Source: Alphaproteobacteria bacterium (GTDB lineage Bacteria; Pseudomonadota; Alphaproteobacteria; JAPOUT01; G958296285). Taken from it: a stretch of DNA of 64,000 nucleotides. Under the pieces are notes generated by a model, which did no database searches, was not told the DNA's origin, and saw only the letters and a list, made by a program, of their open reading frames with translations. Below, in pieces: positions 56,901 to 64,000 of the stretch (positions are counted from its first letter, which is position 1; every line of letters starts with the position of its first letter). The position numbers and the translations under genes were made by a program. The stretch spans positions 641,395 to 705,394 of the forward strand of contig CBDBUR010000001.1 of NCBI GenBank assembly GCA_965212115.1, written 5' to 3'.

Positions 56901-59900
56901 CCGCGCGCGAACCCCTAGACCAGCGTCGCCCGAAGACGTCGCCAACGTCACCATCCAATCATGAACCGTCTGATCCGAAGTCGATGTCGTCACAAACTCT
57001 ATCTGACCAACAGACGTCGTCGTCGTCGTCTTAAATGGATTCGTCGCCGAAGCCGCCGCCCAAACACTCGACGACACCAATCGCAATGTCTGACCGCTCG
57101 ACGCCGCTGGCGATGATGTCGCCGTCAAGCTCAACGCCCCTCCAGTCAAAACCGTCAGACGCGATGAATTGAAATTGATCGCACCCGCCGACGCCGTCAG
57201 ACTTATATTGTTCGAACCCGCATTAATATCGCTGTTGACATTTACATCGCCCGTCAAAGCCGTGATCGAAACCACCCCGGCGCTCTGCTCAGGCGCTAAA
57301 TCACCCGTCAATGTCACACTCGACCCGCTCAATGTCCGCGCCCCCGTCAACGTCAACGCGCCATCATTCGCTACACTGCGCGTCCGACCGCGAACACGAA
57401 CACGACGCGTCCCAAAGCCCGCTTCCAAAGTCAGCGCTCCATCTCCTGTTAGATCAGCACCAACCGTTAGATCGCCTCGCGCTCTGATCCTCAACGCAAA
57501 ACCGCTCGGCGATGACGCCCGCGTCGAAAGCAACGTCACTTCCGAACCCTCCAGCGCGCGAACCATATCTGCGTCCACCGTCCCAAAAGTGATCGCACCC
57601 GTGCCCCCATTATAGCCCGCTTCCAAAATTAAACCCCGTCCATAGATCAAATCATTCGCTACAACAACATCGCCCGCGCCGCGAACCGCTAGCGCTGATC
57701 CCGAAGAATTCGCTCGCGATACCATCCACGCCTGAACCGCCTGCGCCGCTGTCGCCGTCGTGATGAACTCCAGCTGGCCAACATTCGTGGCAACATTAAA
57801 TGGATCAGACGCCACTGCCTCTTCCCATACCGTCGCGCGACGCAGCCCAACTCCTCGACCCTCTACACTCGGCCGACGATCAGCCGTCAGCTCCAGCGCC
57901 GAGCCCGTCAACGTCACCAGGCGATCAGGACTGAAACGAATCTGACCCGAACGCGCCGAACGTGTCGCCGTCCCTGCCGTCAAGCTCAAGGCCCCCGCGC
58001 CCGCATCAATATCGGCATGGACAAGCAAGTTGCCCCCTGCCGTGATCGTTAAATCTTGGCCAAACGGGGCCGGTGCCTTCACGCCGCCATCAACAGCTAA
58101 ACCAGCCGTCAAGGACACATCATTGCCGATCAATGTCAGCGCCGATGATCCCGTGAAATTAATCGCCCCTGACCCATCCCCCATGCCCGCCTCCAACGTC
58201 AGGTTGCGCGCAGACGCCAGCTCAATCGATACACCAACATTCACATCGCCCACGGCGCGAATAATTAAATGCTGCGCGCTCACCGCTGATACCATCCAAG
58301 GCTGAACAACTAATGCCGACGAGGACGTCGAAACCAATTCCAACGTCCCCCCAGAGGGCAACGTCACAACACCAAAGCGATTGCTCGTCACAAACACCGA
58401 CGCCTGCGCTAAGCTGATACGACCCGCCGAAAGCGACGAACCCGGCGCCGAAGAACTCAAAACCTCGCCAATGCCCGCCGTCAAAACCAAATTGCCGCGC
58501 AAAACACTCCGCCGAGAAACACGCCGAACTAGATTAAGCGCCGCGCTCACCTGCAATGTCCCCAATGCCGTGATCGTCAAAGAACGACCACTGCCCGCTT
58601 CCGCCGATGCCTCCGCAATCGTCGTCACATTCGAAGTTAACGCGATATTCGTGCCTCTCAAACTCGTCGTCCGGCTCCTCCCAAAACTAATCGCGCCGCC
58701 GGTCGTGCTCACCATCAAATTCCCCGCGCCTACATCTATGCTCGTGGCAATCGAAACAGCCCCTGTCCCTGTCACAGTCAAATCTTGGCCGCTCGGCTGA
58801 TCCAACAAATCACGCGACGAGGTCAGCGAAATCGCCGCCCCTGACAAGGACGACGCCTGATCTGACGACCACATAATCCGACCTGTTCTCCGCCGCGCCG
58901 AGGCCGAAAGCGTTAAATCGCCCGCACCCGCATTGACACGCGCCCCAATCGTCAGATCTCCCGACAAAGCCCTGATCGTAATGTCAAAATTGTTGATGCC
59001 TGCCGCTGGCGTCGCCGCTCCTTTATCTGACAGCAAATTCACATTGTTTCCCTCTAAACGGCGCGTCTCGCCAGTCGCCGCCATGAAGTTTAGCGCTCCC
59101 GTCGTGCTGCCATCACCGGCAACCAAAACCAAATCACGCCCTCCAAGCACAACGTCGCGATCCACCACCAGATCTCCGCCCGTGCGCACCGTCAAATGAC
59201 GACGCCTGGAAGTCCGACGATCGCTCACCAAAGACACCATCCACTCGTGCAGCGTCTGCGACGCGCTCGACGCCGATATAAACTCAACCCCGCCGGTGTT
59301 CAGCCTAATATTCATGAAAGGATTGCTCGCGCCAAAACCTGCCGCCTGCCTCAAACGCAACGTCCCAACCGAAAGAACCGTGTTCGAACCTTCGATCGTA
59401 TTGCTGCCGGCGCTTAAATCTAAAGTGCCGCGACCCAAATTTAAATTGGCTGACAAGGTCATCGTCCCCGACGCCACAATCGTCAAATTACCATTGCTGC
59501 CGCGACCCGGCAAAGCGCCATCCGATGTCAGAATAATATCAGCTCCGCTCAAAACCGCGCCGCTGCCAAAACTGAGAACGCCCGTCTCGCGCGTGCCTGT
59601 CCCCGCTCCAGCCTCAAGCATCAAATTGCCGCTGCCCGCATTCATATGCGTGTTCACTCGTAAACCGCGCAGCGCCACAACTCTCAACAAAGCATCGCTC
59701 GCCGAAGGCATCTCAACTGCGCCCGCTTCATCACGAACCGTGTCACCGGTTAAAGTGATGACATCCCCGGTCAAGAGACGCGCCCCTGCAAAATTGATCA
59801 CACCAATATTCCCAACACGGCGACGACCAACACGCGTCGTCCCCGTGCCTGCTGTCAAAACCAAATCTCCTGTCCCCGTATCGAGGTCAACCCCCACTTC

Positions 59901-62086
59901 AATATCGCCGAGCGCGATTACGCGCAAACGCCGACCGCTCGCAGGCGACGCCGCTCCGCCTTGCAGCTGAACATCATCTCCGCGAACCTCTACATCTCGC
60001 GCCGTGCTCAGCAAGATCGTCCCGCCTGCCGTCAAAACTACATCCCCCGTACCCGCGTTTAAGTGCGCCGCTAACGTTAAATCTCCCGAAGCCTCAACTG
60101 TCAAATCCTGATTGCTCGCCGCAGGCAGCGCTCCGCGACGCGGATCCGCGCTCAACTCTATCATCGCACCCGTCAAACGCGTCGCCGCATCCCGGCGCAG
60201 CTGCAAAACACCCATGTCGCGGCTGCCCAAACCCGCGCCCGCTGACAAAACTAGATCCCCGCTCGTCAATATATCCGTGCTCACACTCAATCCGCGACGC
60301 GCCACAACACTCACCGACTCCGTGCTCGCGCGAGATGTGCCGCCCGCATCCCCGATCAACACGATGTTCAAACCATTGAGAACCGTCTCAACAGAATCCC
60401 CCGCGCTCGAAACACCCAAATACAGCGAACCCGCATTCACCTGCGTCGTGCGTCCCACGCGCGTGTTCAAACCTCCGATCAAAGTCAAACTCCCCGTCCC
60501 CGCATTCAAATGACCCAGAACCGTCAGATCATTGCGCGCCCGAACCGTCAATGAGCGGTTCGACGCCGATGCCGGCGCACCGCGACCCGTCAACATGATC
60601 TCCCCGCCATTCACAACCCGCGTCGCGCCGCCAAATACCAATGTCGCGCCGCTCAAAGCAACCTGACCTGTCCCTGCATTGACGCTCGCATCAATCCGCA
60701 AATCGCCCGTCGCCGCAATCGTCAAATCACGACCGCCCGTCGTGATCGTCCCCGATGATACCAACGTAATGTCCGCGCCGACAAAACGATCCGCTGCCGT
60801 CTCTAGAATGATCAACCGACGCCGCGACGCCGCTCTCAACGTCAAAGACCCAGCTCCTAGGTCAATCGCCGCGTCCAAAATAATGTTGCCACTTCTAGAT
60901 TCCAGCCACAATGACCGATCCGCGACTGACCCCATCCACGCATAATAACGCTGGTTGCCTGTCGCAATCACACGAAGCTCTCCAGACACAAAACTCGCCG
61001 GCTGTTGATCTGTAAACAGCGATCCATCCTGACGCACAATAATCTGATCTGCCGCCATCACTCGATCGCCGGCTACTTCTATTGTCCGCGCGCGCAGCGA
61101 AAGAACTGAACTCATCTCATCTCCAGACATCGAACCCAAACGCAGATCCGAACTGATCTCCAGATTGGTAAACGCCCGGATCGTCAAATTATGCGACCCC
61201 GCCATGCTCACCGACGCATCCCCGTCGCTTTCAAAAATGATGTTCCTGCCCGTCAGTTCAACCGGCGCGCTCGTCGCAAACGACAGCCCTCCAACACCCA
61301 CGCTCGACGCCACACCCGCGCGCAACGTCAAAACGCCCGCGCGGCTGCGCGACGTGCTCGCGCCCGTGTGCAAAGACGCATTGACAACCAAATCCCTCTG
61401 CGCTGAAACCGTCAATGACTGACGACCCGCCCGAGGCAACGACGACGACGTCAGCATGATGTTATCGCCTGACAATTGCGTCGCCCTATTCGTCCTAAAC
61501 TGCAGCGCACCCCCTGAGGCCAACGTCAGATCCCCAGCAGCGCCGGTATCTATGTTCGTGTTGATGGTCAAATTACCCGTGGCCGTGACCGTCAAAGCCT
61601 GATTGCTCGCCGTCGGGTTAGCCCCACCGGTCAAAGTGATCACAGAACCGCTCAACACCACCGCACCATTGCGAGATGTCGTGTCAGAGGCTGTGCCGCC
61701 GCCAAAATTTAAAGCACCCCCAGCGATTAAGCTCAGATTGCCTTCCCCAGTGCCAAAACTGCCGGTCAAGGTCAAGCCGCCGCGCGCACGGATCACCGCC
61801 GTGCCCATATTATCGCTCGCTAGATCCACCGCGCCCGCCGTCAGCCTGACGACACCCCCATTCAACGTGATCGAACGCTGCGCATCAAAGTCTATCCCGC
61901 CGACCGCCGCCAATGTCAAATTGCCCGCCCGAGCATCAAGACGCCCTCGGCTGTCAAGGCCAATGCTCGTGTTCAGGAGAATATTACCTGTCGCTGTCAA
62001 CGTCACAGCGCGGCGGTTCGTCGAAATGCCGCCGCGTGAACCCGTCGTCAACGTGATGTCCGCTGCTAAAATCTCCGTCGCCGCAT
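53949..62086 (-). repeat. copy B of the ~8.2 kb near-identical direct repeat (3' end of gene 3)
   Basis: See copy A. The identity boundary on the mirror strand is at about 62086, where track ORF 61603..62223 diverges from ORF 11825..12469 after 161 identical or near-identical residues. Confidence 0.85.
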
Positions 62087-64000
62087 TGGTGAAAACTATC
62101 GTCCCAGAGGCAGACGCAGTGAAACTACCCAAACCAAAATTATTCGTCGCCGTCGTAATACGGATGTTGCGACCCGAATTCACTGCCAGACTGCGGCCAG
62201 CAACAACCATCCAAGTATTATGAACCGTCTGATCCGATGACGCGCGGCTTGTTAAACTTAATGAGCCCGTCTGCGGCAAGCCCAACGGTGCCGTCATGCC
62301 AAAAACCCCATCCTGTGACAGCGCCACGCGCAACGCCGTTATCGTCGGTACGCCGGTCGCAAAACCGTTGACAATATTACCCGCCGCGCCTTCGCCCGCT
62401 GTCAGGGTCAAGACACCCGTGCCAATATTGATCGCCGTGCCAATATTAATATCGCCGCGCGCGATCAAAGTGAGATTTGCATTGTTGACCTCTCCCGCCA
62501 CCTGCAGATCCGGCGCGACGGCGGCCGTCAAAGTAATCTCCCCAGCGCTGAGCCTCCGATCTCCAGAAAAAATTAACGCCATGCCCGCTGCCAACTCCAG
62601 ATCGTTAGCAACATCAAAATCAGCCGCAATAACCAAATTGCCAGTCGCCATAACGCTCGCTCCATCGCTCAGAATCTCCGCCGCCATCAACGTGATGTTC
62701 GCCGCTGTATTCAGCCCAACCAAGTTCGCATTCAAAGTCACCGCGCCTCCCGCAGCTCTGATCTCCAACCCGCGGCCATCAAGCATAACCATGCCTGCAA
62801 TGATCGAAATCTCCGGCGCTTCCAGAACAATCGTCTCTCCTGTGCCGCCGCCCGCGAACTCGATATTTAGAGCGCCCGCATCTAAAACAATGCTTCTAGA
62901 TGCCTGAATCGTCGAATTAGACCTCCCAGACAAATCAATCGTAAGAACAGTATCGCCATCACCAGGAACAAACACTTCATTTGTCTTCCGCCCCACGGTG
63001 AACCAAACCCCATCACTTGTTGTTGTCCCATCATAAACTTGAGGCTGCGCACCGCCATCAATCATGAAAGTCACACCCACAGGCGGCGTGCTGGGGGTAA
63101 AAGGCGTCGCATCCTGTTCCAAACGAATAAAGCGCGCGATGAAAGCCCGGGTGCCGCTAAAGGTGATCGTGCCGGTCATCGCGCCATCGCCCGCCGTCAA
63201 AACCAGACCGCCATCGCTTGCACTCGCCCCTACACTGTTCACATCGCCCAAATCGATGTCTCCTGCAACTGTCAAATCGCCCGAAGCCTCAACCGTCAAA
63301 TCCGTGTTCATCGTCGTTGTTATAGCGCCTGTCAACACGATATCGCCGCCGTCCAAAATGACCCGCTGCCTGCCTAAAACTATGCCCACTGTCCCGGTTA
63401 TCATGAGCGCGCCTGTGCCAACTTCAACATCACTATTCAGCGTCAAAGTGCCCAATGCCGTGAGCGTCAAAGCAAAATCGCCTGCTGTGAAATCGCCGCT
63501 ATTATCAAACGCACCGATCCTCACGCTATTCGTGCCGCTCGGCGTCATAACGATATTCCCGCCCGACAATATACGCGCCGCAGCCGCCGCGCCGACAATG
63601 TTGACCTCTGTCCCCGTCAAAATGAGATTGCCCGTGCCGAGCGCAATGTCGCTATCAATCGCAATCGCTGCCGCGCTCGTCAAAGTCAAAGACAGCCCGT
63701 CTTCAGACATCCAATCGTAGATGGTTTGCGCCGCGCCGGTGACCAGCTCAAGCTCATTGACCGTGCGCGTGCGCGCAGCAGGGGAAGTCGTCACAGCAGC
63801 CAACGTGAACAAATTATCCGCAAAAGCGCCATCTTGCGTGAGGCTCACACTGTCGGCGGTCAGCATCGGCGCCGTCGTGCCCGTGAGCAAAATGATGTTG
63901 CCGGTCGTGCTGCCGCTGCCCGCCAAAAGCGTCAGGGCACCGCCTGCACCAACATTGATCCCCTCAACGCCCACACTAATATTGCCGGTCGCTTCCAAAA
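53949..64000 (-). CDS. giant TpsA-family exoprotein, C-terminal >=3,349 aa (N-terminus and TPS domain lie beyond the window end); chimera of gene-2-like body and gene-1-type C-terminal cassette
   Basis: Open minus-strand frame from the window edge to a TAA at 53949-53951. The first ~640 visible residues resemble the gene 2 central repeats (IYDWMSEDGLSLTLTSAAAIAIDSDIALGTGNLILTGTEVNIVGAAAAARILSGGNIVMT versus gene 2 IVHDWMVQSGMSLSLMSAAEIVIRRDIDIGAGDLILSAAQINIEGEAQRARSLSGGNIGLT). The last ~2,710 residues are near-identical to gene 1. Ends ..FDIDFHCMTQCSITTP. Confidence 0.85.
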   Translation of the reverse strand, partial: LEATGNISVGVEGINVGAGGALTLLAGSGSTTGNIILLTGTTAPMLTADSVSLTQDGAFADNLFTLAAVTTSPAARTRTVNELELVTGAAQTIYDWMSEDGLSLTLTSAAAIAIDSDIALGTGNLILTGTEVNIVGAAAAARILSGGNIVMTPSGTNSVRIGAFDNSGDFTAGDFALTLTALGTLTLNSDVEVGTGALMITGTVGIVLGRQRVILDGGDIVLTGAITTTMNTDLTVEASGDLTVAGDIDLGDVNSVGASASDGGLVLTAGDGAMTGTITFSGTRAFIARFIRLEQDATPFTPSTPPVGVTFMIDGGAQPQVYDGTTTSDGVWFTVGRKTNEVFVPGDGDTVLTIDLSGRSNSTIQASRSIVLDAGALNIEFAGGGTGETIVLEAPEISIIAGMVMLDGRGLEIRAAGGAVTLNANLVGLNTAANITLMAAEILSDGASVMATGNLVIAADFDVANDLELAAGMALIFSGDRRLSAGEITLTAAVAPDLQVAGEVNNANLTLIARGDINIGTAINIGTGVLTLTAGEGAAGNIVNGFATGVPTITALRVALSQDGVFGMTAPLGLPQTGSLSLTSRASSDQTVHNTWMVVAGRSLAVNSGRNIRITTATNNFGLGSFTASASGTIVFTNAATEILAADITLTTGSRGGISTNRRAVTLTATGNILLNTSIGLDSRGRLDARAGNLTLAAVGGIDFDAQRSITLNGGVVRLTAGAVDLASDNMGTAVIRARGGLTLTGSFGTGEGNLSLIAGGALNFGGGTASDTTSRNGAVVLSGSVITLTGGANPTASNQALTVTATGNLTINTNIDTGAAGDLTLASGGALQFRTNRATQLSGDNIMLTSSSLPRAGRQSLTVSAQRDLVVNASLHTGASTSRSRAGVLTLRAGVASSVGVGGLSFATSAPVELTGRNIIFESDGDASVSMAGSHNLTIRAFTNLEISSDLRLGSMSGDEMSSVLSLRARTIEVAGDRVMAADQIIVRQDGSLFTDQQPASFVSGELRVIATGNQRYYAWMGSVADRSLWLESRSGNIILDAAIDLGAGSLTLRAASRRRLIILETAADRFVGADITLVSSGTITTGGRDLTIAATGDLRIDASVNAGTGQVALSGATLVFGGATRVVNGGEIMLTGRGAPASASNRSLTVRARNDLTVLGHLNAGTGSLTLIGGLNTRVGRTTQVNAGSLYLGVSSAGDSVETVLNGLNIVLIGDAGGTSRASTESVSVVARRGLSVSTDILTSGDLVLSAGAGLGSRDMGVLQLRRDAATRLTGAMIELSADPRRGALPAASNQDLTVEASGDLTLAAHLNAGTGDVVLTAGGTILLSTARDVEVRGDDVQLQGGAASPASGRRLRVIALGDIEVGVDLDTGTGDLVLTAGTGTTRVGRRRVGNIGVINFAGARLLTGDVITLTGDTVRDEAGAVEMPSASDALLRVVALRGLRVNTHMNAGSGNLMLEAGAGTGTRETGVLSFGSGAVLSGADIILTSDGALPGRGSNGNLTIVASGTMTLSANLNLGRGTLDLSAGSNTIEGSNTVLSVGTLRLRQAAGFGASNPFMNIRLNTGGVEFISASSASQTLHEWMVSLVSDRRTSRRRHLTVRTGGDLVVDRDVVLGGRDLVLVAGDGSTTGALNFMAATGETRRLEGNNVNLLSDKGAATPAAGINNFDITIRALSGDLTIGARVNAGAGDLTLSASARRRTGRIMWSSDQASSLSGAAISLTSSRDLLDQPSGQDLTVTGTGAVSIATSIDVGAGNLMVSTTGGAISFGRSRTTSLRGTNIALTSNVTTIAEASAEAGSGRSLTITALGTLQVSAALNLVRRVSRRSVLRGNLVLTAGIGEVLSSSAPGSSLSAGRISLAQASVFVTSNRFGVVTLPSGGTLELVSTSSSALVVQPWMVSAVSAQHLIIRAVGDVNVGVSIELASARNLTLEAGMGDGSGAINFTGSSALTLIGNDVSLTAGLAVDGGVKAPAPFGQDLTITAGGNLLVHADIDAGAGALSLTAGTATRSARSGQIRFSPDRLVTLTGSALELTADRRPSVEGRGVGLRRATVWEEAVASDPFNVATNVGQLEFITTATAAQAVQAWMVSRANSSGSALAVRGAGDVVVANDLIYGRGLILEAGYNGGTGAITFGTVDADMVRALEGSEVTLLSTRASSPSGFALRIRARGDLTVGADLTGDGALTLEAGFGTRRVRVRGRTRSVANDGALTLTGARTLSGSSVTLTGDLAPEQSAGVVSITALTGDVNVNSDINAGSNNISLTASAGAINFNSSRLTVLTGGALSLTATSSPAASSGQTLRLVSSSVWAAASATNPFKTTTTTSVGQIEFVTTSTSDQTVHDWMVTLATSSGDAGLGVRARGNVVVGSSLALGAGDLTLEAGRGTMAMMMTNEMGEQVEVQVRNPGLINFTGPAPLVLSGGDIILDAHGAVSSPFGQNLTITAQGDLEVNADISTSGVLGLTAGASTVAGETGELRFDGQGSRAVVLRANSFMVAGDGVSNVMSGLGLRLISMLPFEAANFTNFEPNVAELEFNALSSSSQPVGAWMVVSGARLVVRASGDLSVSGNLVLVSTDLRGLRSNGRSLILEAGYDVPDSGTSNSGTINFIETVELDAETIMLFGDGPTATGLAGDVVVRTSFDLTIGAHLNSGTGNLRLEAGFGTRRARVGRRTRTLANNGDVVLTGTRTLGGAGINLLGNAVMAEALTVEASGDLTIGTNIEATGDLVLTADRVRFSGSRTLRGENISLRSTGDLETHRRRENVTVRARGNLTLNGPLTSGRGNLTLEAGASETVETMMDGMAVTNVEENFGVITVGTALATELRGVSVVLTADEFGSDGTTRLEPSVGTLAVLIIATGNLTVGTSLLTAGDLTLTASGSRSELRFSSTRSIDLSGAEVSMTSRRAPRRGSDQAVRVVSSGDLMVRALLNVGSGSVSFTAAGALDFPTRTRRGVTTPTLSITAGELSFSQGEVFDGTVPVIFRGGLTGLAVNYSGAGMQEVEGWMVRSGIDVEIVSSGVLVIGRNIDTGTGNLTLSAAGGLSFTGTSGERFVRGNDIIVTSDSDSSGSEVVMSSVNLRIEGRGDVTINDAITVSGASSELRITAGFDVTRTVRGRSVTEFGSGGISATGSPALTAGSIFLDQTEDFAVEDSFVLSSTAAVSITTRRSSLLTVRDWMIALNRDLSLSTEVFGDIIFASSSSVGTASYNFGTGSLTLAASGATRFTFTDASVVNGSVMVDAMMIEVNGNIEAGVHNLELDASGALDFSADVVRLSARMLTLEAGSSSAVNLFVVATSGLSLSTSLTASGILGIDTGGAVPMFNGGATLSATSFDIDFHCMTQCSITTP

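Noticed and set aside
4241-63720. About 100 plus-strand ORFs of 60-300 aa lying entirely inside the three giant minus-strand genes (for example 5633..6436, 9518..10192, 24791..25675, 33175..33774, 44440..45315, 48436..49245, 52515..53141)
   Set aside because: They are mirror-frame artefacts of 10-26 kb GC-rich coding sequence. They are Pro/Arg/Ser/Ala/Val-rich low-complexity sequence with no recognisable domains. Many terminate exactly at the mirror image of the conserved WM motif (..TIQS*, ..IIQL*). The identical pairs at +49,778 simply reflect the 8.2 kb duplication.
4144-64000. Mobile-element borders (IS, integrase, tRNA-adjacent island) around the giant-gene array or the 8.2 kb repeat
   Set aside because: No transposase- or integrase-like translation in any frame and no terminal inverted repeats at the repeat edges. 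The repeat boundaries fall inside coding repeats, consistent with homologous recombination rather than transposition.

Overview
About 59 kb of this 64 kb window encodes three giant paralogous proteins of the two-partner-secretion exoprotein family (TpsA / filamentous-haemagglutinin type). All three lie on the minus strand, and the window begins with two plus-strand housekeeping genes. The first housekeeping gene is the 3' part of pheT (phenylalanyl-tRNA synthetase beta subunit; its EMAP-type tRNA-binding domain is readable in frame from position 2), and its stop abuts the start of lepA (elongation factor 4). The giant genes are 4144-29967 (8,607 aa), 30102-53567 (7,821 aa) and 53949 to beyond the window end (at least 3,349 aa). 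None has a stop over 10-26 kb. The two complete genes begin with a signal peptide followed by a clearly recognisable TPS/haemagglutination-activity secretion domain (QGGRITQG..., NQNGIQF, VVNVGGLLATSA...); the N-terminus of the third lies outside the window. Each gene continues as thousands of residues of Gly/Thr/Ala/Leu-rich beta-helix-type repeats. No TpsB (FhaC-like) transporter, toxin/immunity pair, transposase, tRNA or CRISPR array is visible. The three genes show a mosaic, cassette-like organisation. (i) The 3' ~8.2 kb of gene 1 (4144-~12308) is an almost exact direct repeat of the 3' ~8.2 kb of gene 3 (53949-~62086, offset 49,778 nt). It encodes a shared ~2,700-aa C-terminal module. (ii) Upstream of the duplication junction gene 3 resembles gene 2, not gene 1, so gene 3 is a chimera. 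(iii) Gene 2 carries a diverged (not identical) version of the same C-terminal module at 30102-~38800. (iv) Gene 1 contains four tandem ~3.4-3.6 kb intragenic repeats (~12.9-26.9 kb); three are full units and the fourth is degenerate. (v) All three proteins are punctuated every ~300-430 aa by a conserved ~35-aa motif, PF-x(10-12)-[IL]EF[IV]TTS-x(4-5)-Q-x-V-x-x-WMV, that I do not recognise from described haemagglutinin repeats. (vi) All end in a short Cys-x(3-4)-Cys tail after an FD[IV]DF motif. The ~100 plus-strand ORFs of 60-300 aa inside the giant genes are mirror-image artefacts of the long minus-strand reading frames and are rejected.
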